Both the position numbers and the translations under genes were made by a program. The notes under the pieces are model-generated. The model had not been told where the DNA came from, made no database searches, and was given only the letters and a program-made list of their open reading frames with translations. From a virus (lineage: Duplodnaviria; Heunggongvirae; Uroviricota; Caudoviricetes), in IMG/VR virus record IMGVR_UViG_2857349434_000001, positions 64,001-81,816 of that record: a DNA stretch of 17,816 nt; one strand, 5' to 3'. Position 1 is the stretch's first letter, and the number at the start of each line of letters is the position of its first letter. Of the stretch, positions 16,046-17,816 are shown in pieces.

Positions 16046-16645
16046 TCAGTTCCTCTTGAGCATGTGCTGTTTGAGCAGGTGCGCGCCGTAGGCCTCCCAG
16101 GGCAGGGAGATCAGGTCCGCGATGTTGGCCTGCGTCAGCTTGGTTGAGATGCGCCTCGCCTCCGGTCGGAGTACGAGAGTGGGTTCGCCCTGCAGGACGA
16201 GCCGGCGGGGCAGGTAGGGGGCCGCCTCCAGGAGGGGGTCGACAAACTTCTTGTCCTTGGACCGGATGCCGGTCAGGACGAGCGGTTGGACATTGGTGTG
16301 TCCGAGATCTCGGATGATCTTGTCAGGCCGCACGCTCCAGAATGGAGCGATCGGGAGGCGTGTTGGACCTGACATCCTGGCCAGGGTTGCCAGGATGATC
16401 GACAGGTCGGGTTGTGAGAGGAAGACCGCTTGGCTCCCCATCTCCTGGGGAACGGGCGACATGGCGTCTACCAGCGGGTCGGCGGGGAAGCGAGAAGGGT
16501 CGACTTCAGCTCGGAGATCGATGCGATGATCGCAGGGGTTCTTGCTCGGCTCGAACGGACAGGGGATCTCAAAATTGAAGGCGCTTGTTGTCTTCTCGCC
16601 TTGCAGGAGAAAGGCGATGTCGCCTTCCCAGTGTATGCCGTTCAC
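16046..16645 (-). CDS. Hypothetical protein (199 aa)
   Basis: GTG start in a GTGA overlap with upstream SD AGGAGG. Fills the gap exactly. Confidence 0.75.
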   Translation of the reverse strand: MNGIHWEGDIAFLLQGEKTTSAFNFEIPCPFEPSKNPCDHRIDLRAEVDPSRFPADPLVDAMSPVPQEMGSQAVFLSQPDLSIILATLARMSGPTRLPIAPFWSVRPDKIIRDLGHTNVQPLVLTGIRSKDKKFVDPLLEAAPYLPRRLVLQGEPTLVLRPEARRISTKLTQANIADLISLPWEAYGAHLLKQHMLKRN

Positions 16646-16986
16646 GCCGCTGCCTTGACCTCCTGTGCGAGTTGGACTTCGACCTTGGCCTTCGAGGCCC
16701 TTGTATAGGTGGTCTCGGTCTTCAAAATTCCAAGCTCGAACAGCTTGGCTTTTAGTTTTCGGTCGGCCGCCTCGAGCTTCACGGGGTCGATCACGATCTC
16801 CGTGCCCTTCGGGCGCCGCTCGACCGCGGCCGAGACGACGACCTTGCCGACGCCGGGGACGTCGTAGGTGTCGGCGCCGGCCGGCCGGATCTGTTCCTTC
16901 AGCGCCTCATAGCGCGCCTCCAGGGGCTCAATCTGAGCCTTGAGCGCCAGCAGCTCGACAGCCACTGGCATAATGTTTTCCTGCAT
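16642..16986 (-). CDS. Phage hypothetical protein (114 aa)
   Basis: ATG at 16986 with SD GGAG. MQENIMPVAVELLALKAQIEPLEARYEALKEQI...; short coiled coil followed by beta strands. Confidence 0.8.
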   Translation of the reverse strand: MQENIMPVAVELLALKAQIEPLEARYEALKEQIRPAGADTYDVPGVGKVVVSAAVERRPKGTEIVIDPVKLEAADRKLKAKLFELGILKTETTYTRASKAKVEVQLAQEVKAAA

Positions 16987-16996
16987 GGTGGACTCC

Positions 16997-17023
16997 AATA
17001 AAAAAGCCGGCACTAGGCCGGCT
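16997..17023 (-). terminator. Intrinsic terminator overlapping the stop codon of the 61-aa gene
   Basis: Minus strand AGCCGGC-CTAGT-GCCGGCT-TTTTTATT, immediately followed by GGAG (SD). The TAG stop lies in the loop. Confidence 0.8.
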
Positions 17024-17198
17024 GTTTGATTTCGGTTTCTGCTATGGCTTGGAGCCTGGCTCGAAGCCTCGGGTCCTTCTCCAGCGTGATAGCCAGCTGG
17101 AACGGACCCTTCAGCCAGTCTCGGCGGGCTTTGGGGGTGGCTTGCCACCGGAGGCCGCGGACGGCCCCCCAGTAGCCCTTCAGGCGGTCATCAATCAC
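17013..17198 (-). CDS. Small basic hypothetical protein (61 aa)
   Basis: GTG start in a GTGA overlap with the HTH gene stop. MIDDRLKGYWGAVRGLRWQ...KQPA. Confidence 0.7.
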   Translation of the reverse strand: MIDDRLKGYWGAVRGLRWQATPKARRDWLKGPFQLAITLEKDPRLRARLQAIAETEIKQPA

Positions 17199-17647
17199 AT
17201 TTTTACGAATGGCTTCATCAACTCCTCTACGGTGGTGCTCATGACGATCGCGAGCGTCTGGAGCTCGCGAATGGTGAAGTCGTGGAGCCCGAGCTCCATC
17301 TTCTTCACCGTGAGACGGTTGACCGAGATCTGGTCAGCCATCTGCTGGTAGGTGTAGGCGTGGTCGATCTCGCGGTACTTGTTGAGACGGACCCCGATCG
17401 AATGGTGACCATAGCTCAGAGGCTTTTGAAGAGCCAAGGCCACCCTGCCACCGCGGCGCCTACCGGTCGTGTGCGCGACCCGCTCAGTCCCCATTTCCTT
17501 AGCTCGACGGATGAGTTTGACGACCGTGCTGTACGACCGACCATACTTGTCCGCGAGCCACCCGTAGCTGGCACCGTTCTGCCAGTCTTCGATGGTGCCT
17601 TCAGGCCAGGGCTTTTTCGACCCGGCACCTTGTGGTTGTATAGACAT
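17195..17647 (-). CDS. Dual helix-turn-helix transcriptional regulator (N-terminal HTH plus C-terminal XRE/Cro-C1 HTH; 150 aa)
   Basis: N-terminal WQNGASYGWLADKYGRSYSTVVKLIRR. C-terminal IGVRLNKYRE...TYQQMADQISVNRLTVKKMELG...TIRELQTLAIVMSTTVEELM. SD GAGGA upstream of ATG 17647. Confidence 0.85.
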   Translation of the reverse strand: MSIQPQGAGSKKPWPEGTIEDWQNGASYGWLADKYGRSYSTVVKLIRRAKEMGTERVAHTTGRRRGGRVALALQKPLSYGHHSIGVRLNKYREIDHAYTYQQMADQISVNRLTVKKMELGLHDFTIRELQTLAIVMSTTVEELMKPFVKM

Positions 17648-17666
17648 TGTTCCTCGTTTAACCGAA

Positions 17667-17700
17667 GGGTGTGTTCGACATCGTGCTGCCGAACACACCC
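17667..17700. promoter_or_regulatory. 11-bp perfect inverted repeat just upstream of the HTH gene RBS
   Basis: gggtgtgttcg (17667-17677), 12-nt spacer, cgaacacaccc (17690-17700). As minus-strand RNA it extends to 13 bp with a G-U pair. The following U-tract is weak (TT). Confidence 0.65.
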
Positions 17701-17816
17701 GCTATTTCCGACTTTGTCGCTCTTTGGCGATCGGAAAGACGAGGTTTCTCAAGAAGTTGTCAGCGTTTTCAGGTACTTAGGCCGCACCGTTATCGCTAAC
17801 TTTTAATCAGTAGGTC

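Larger units (their letters stand above)
1..17816 (-). mobile_element. Phage/prophage DNA replication-recombination module (tailed dsDNA phage, probably alphaproteobacterial host)
   Basis: Single-strand, tightly overlapping run of PolA, a separate FEN, ATP-dependent ligase, SF2 helicase, SbcCD, resolvase, ThyA and many small hypothetical genes. No bacterial housekeeping synteny. No integrase or att site in the window, so free phage versus prophage cannot be decided. Confidence 0.92.

Noticed and set aside
3049-17698. Longer N-termini given by the ORF track (e.g. starts at 3181, 3704, 4645, 5280, 8828, 11137, 12098, 13443, 17148, 17698)
   Set aside because: The extensions overlap upstream genes in another frame and are low-complexity Arg/Pro/Ser-rich. 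Internal starts with SD sequences and stop/start overlaps fit better.
1-17816. tRNA, rRNA, CRISPR array, integrase/att site or transposon
   Set aside because: Intergenic spaces are nearly all under 120 nt and contain only isolated hairpins. I saw no cloverleaf, spaced direct repeats or recombinase/transposase motifs.

Overview
This window is the DNA replication/recombination/nucleotide-metabolism module of a GC-rich tailed dsDNA phage or prophage. The host is most likely an Alphaproteobacterium, inferred from a GapR/DUF2312 gene, an EcfG-like sigma factor and a host-like ThyA. All 28 genes I can support lie on the minus strand, mostly joined by ATGA/GTGA/TAATG-type overlaps. In transcription order (right to left) they are: a dual-HTH regulator, several small hypothetical genes, an SF2 helicase, a putative SSB, GapR, a 5'-3' flap exonuclease, a family A DNA polymerase, an ECF sigma factor, an ATP-dependent DNA ligase, ThyA, a RecU-like resolvase, a DEDDh exonuclease, an SbcD/Mre11 nuclease and an SbcC/Rad50 ATPase. 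The SbcC gene runs off the left edge and is missing from the ORF track. The long plus-strand ORFs are antisense shadows. Most notable: (1) an EcfG-like sigma coupled to the polymerase; (2) six proteins ending in Ala-Ala, resembling a ClpXP degron; (3) a Rad50 arm alternating polyproline segments with Tyr/Trp heptads; (4) a perfect 13-bp hairpin burying the resolvase start codon; (5) intrinsic terminators abutting downstream RBSs, one with the upstream stop codon in its loop. All assignments come from manual motif reading; no database searches were run.
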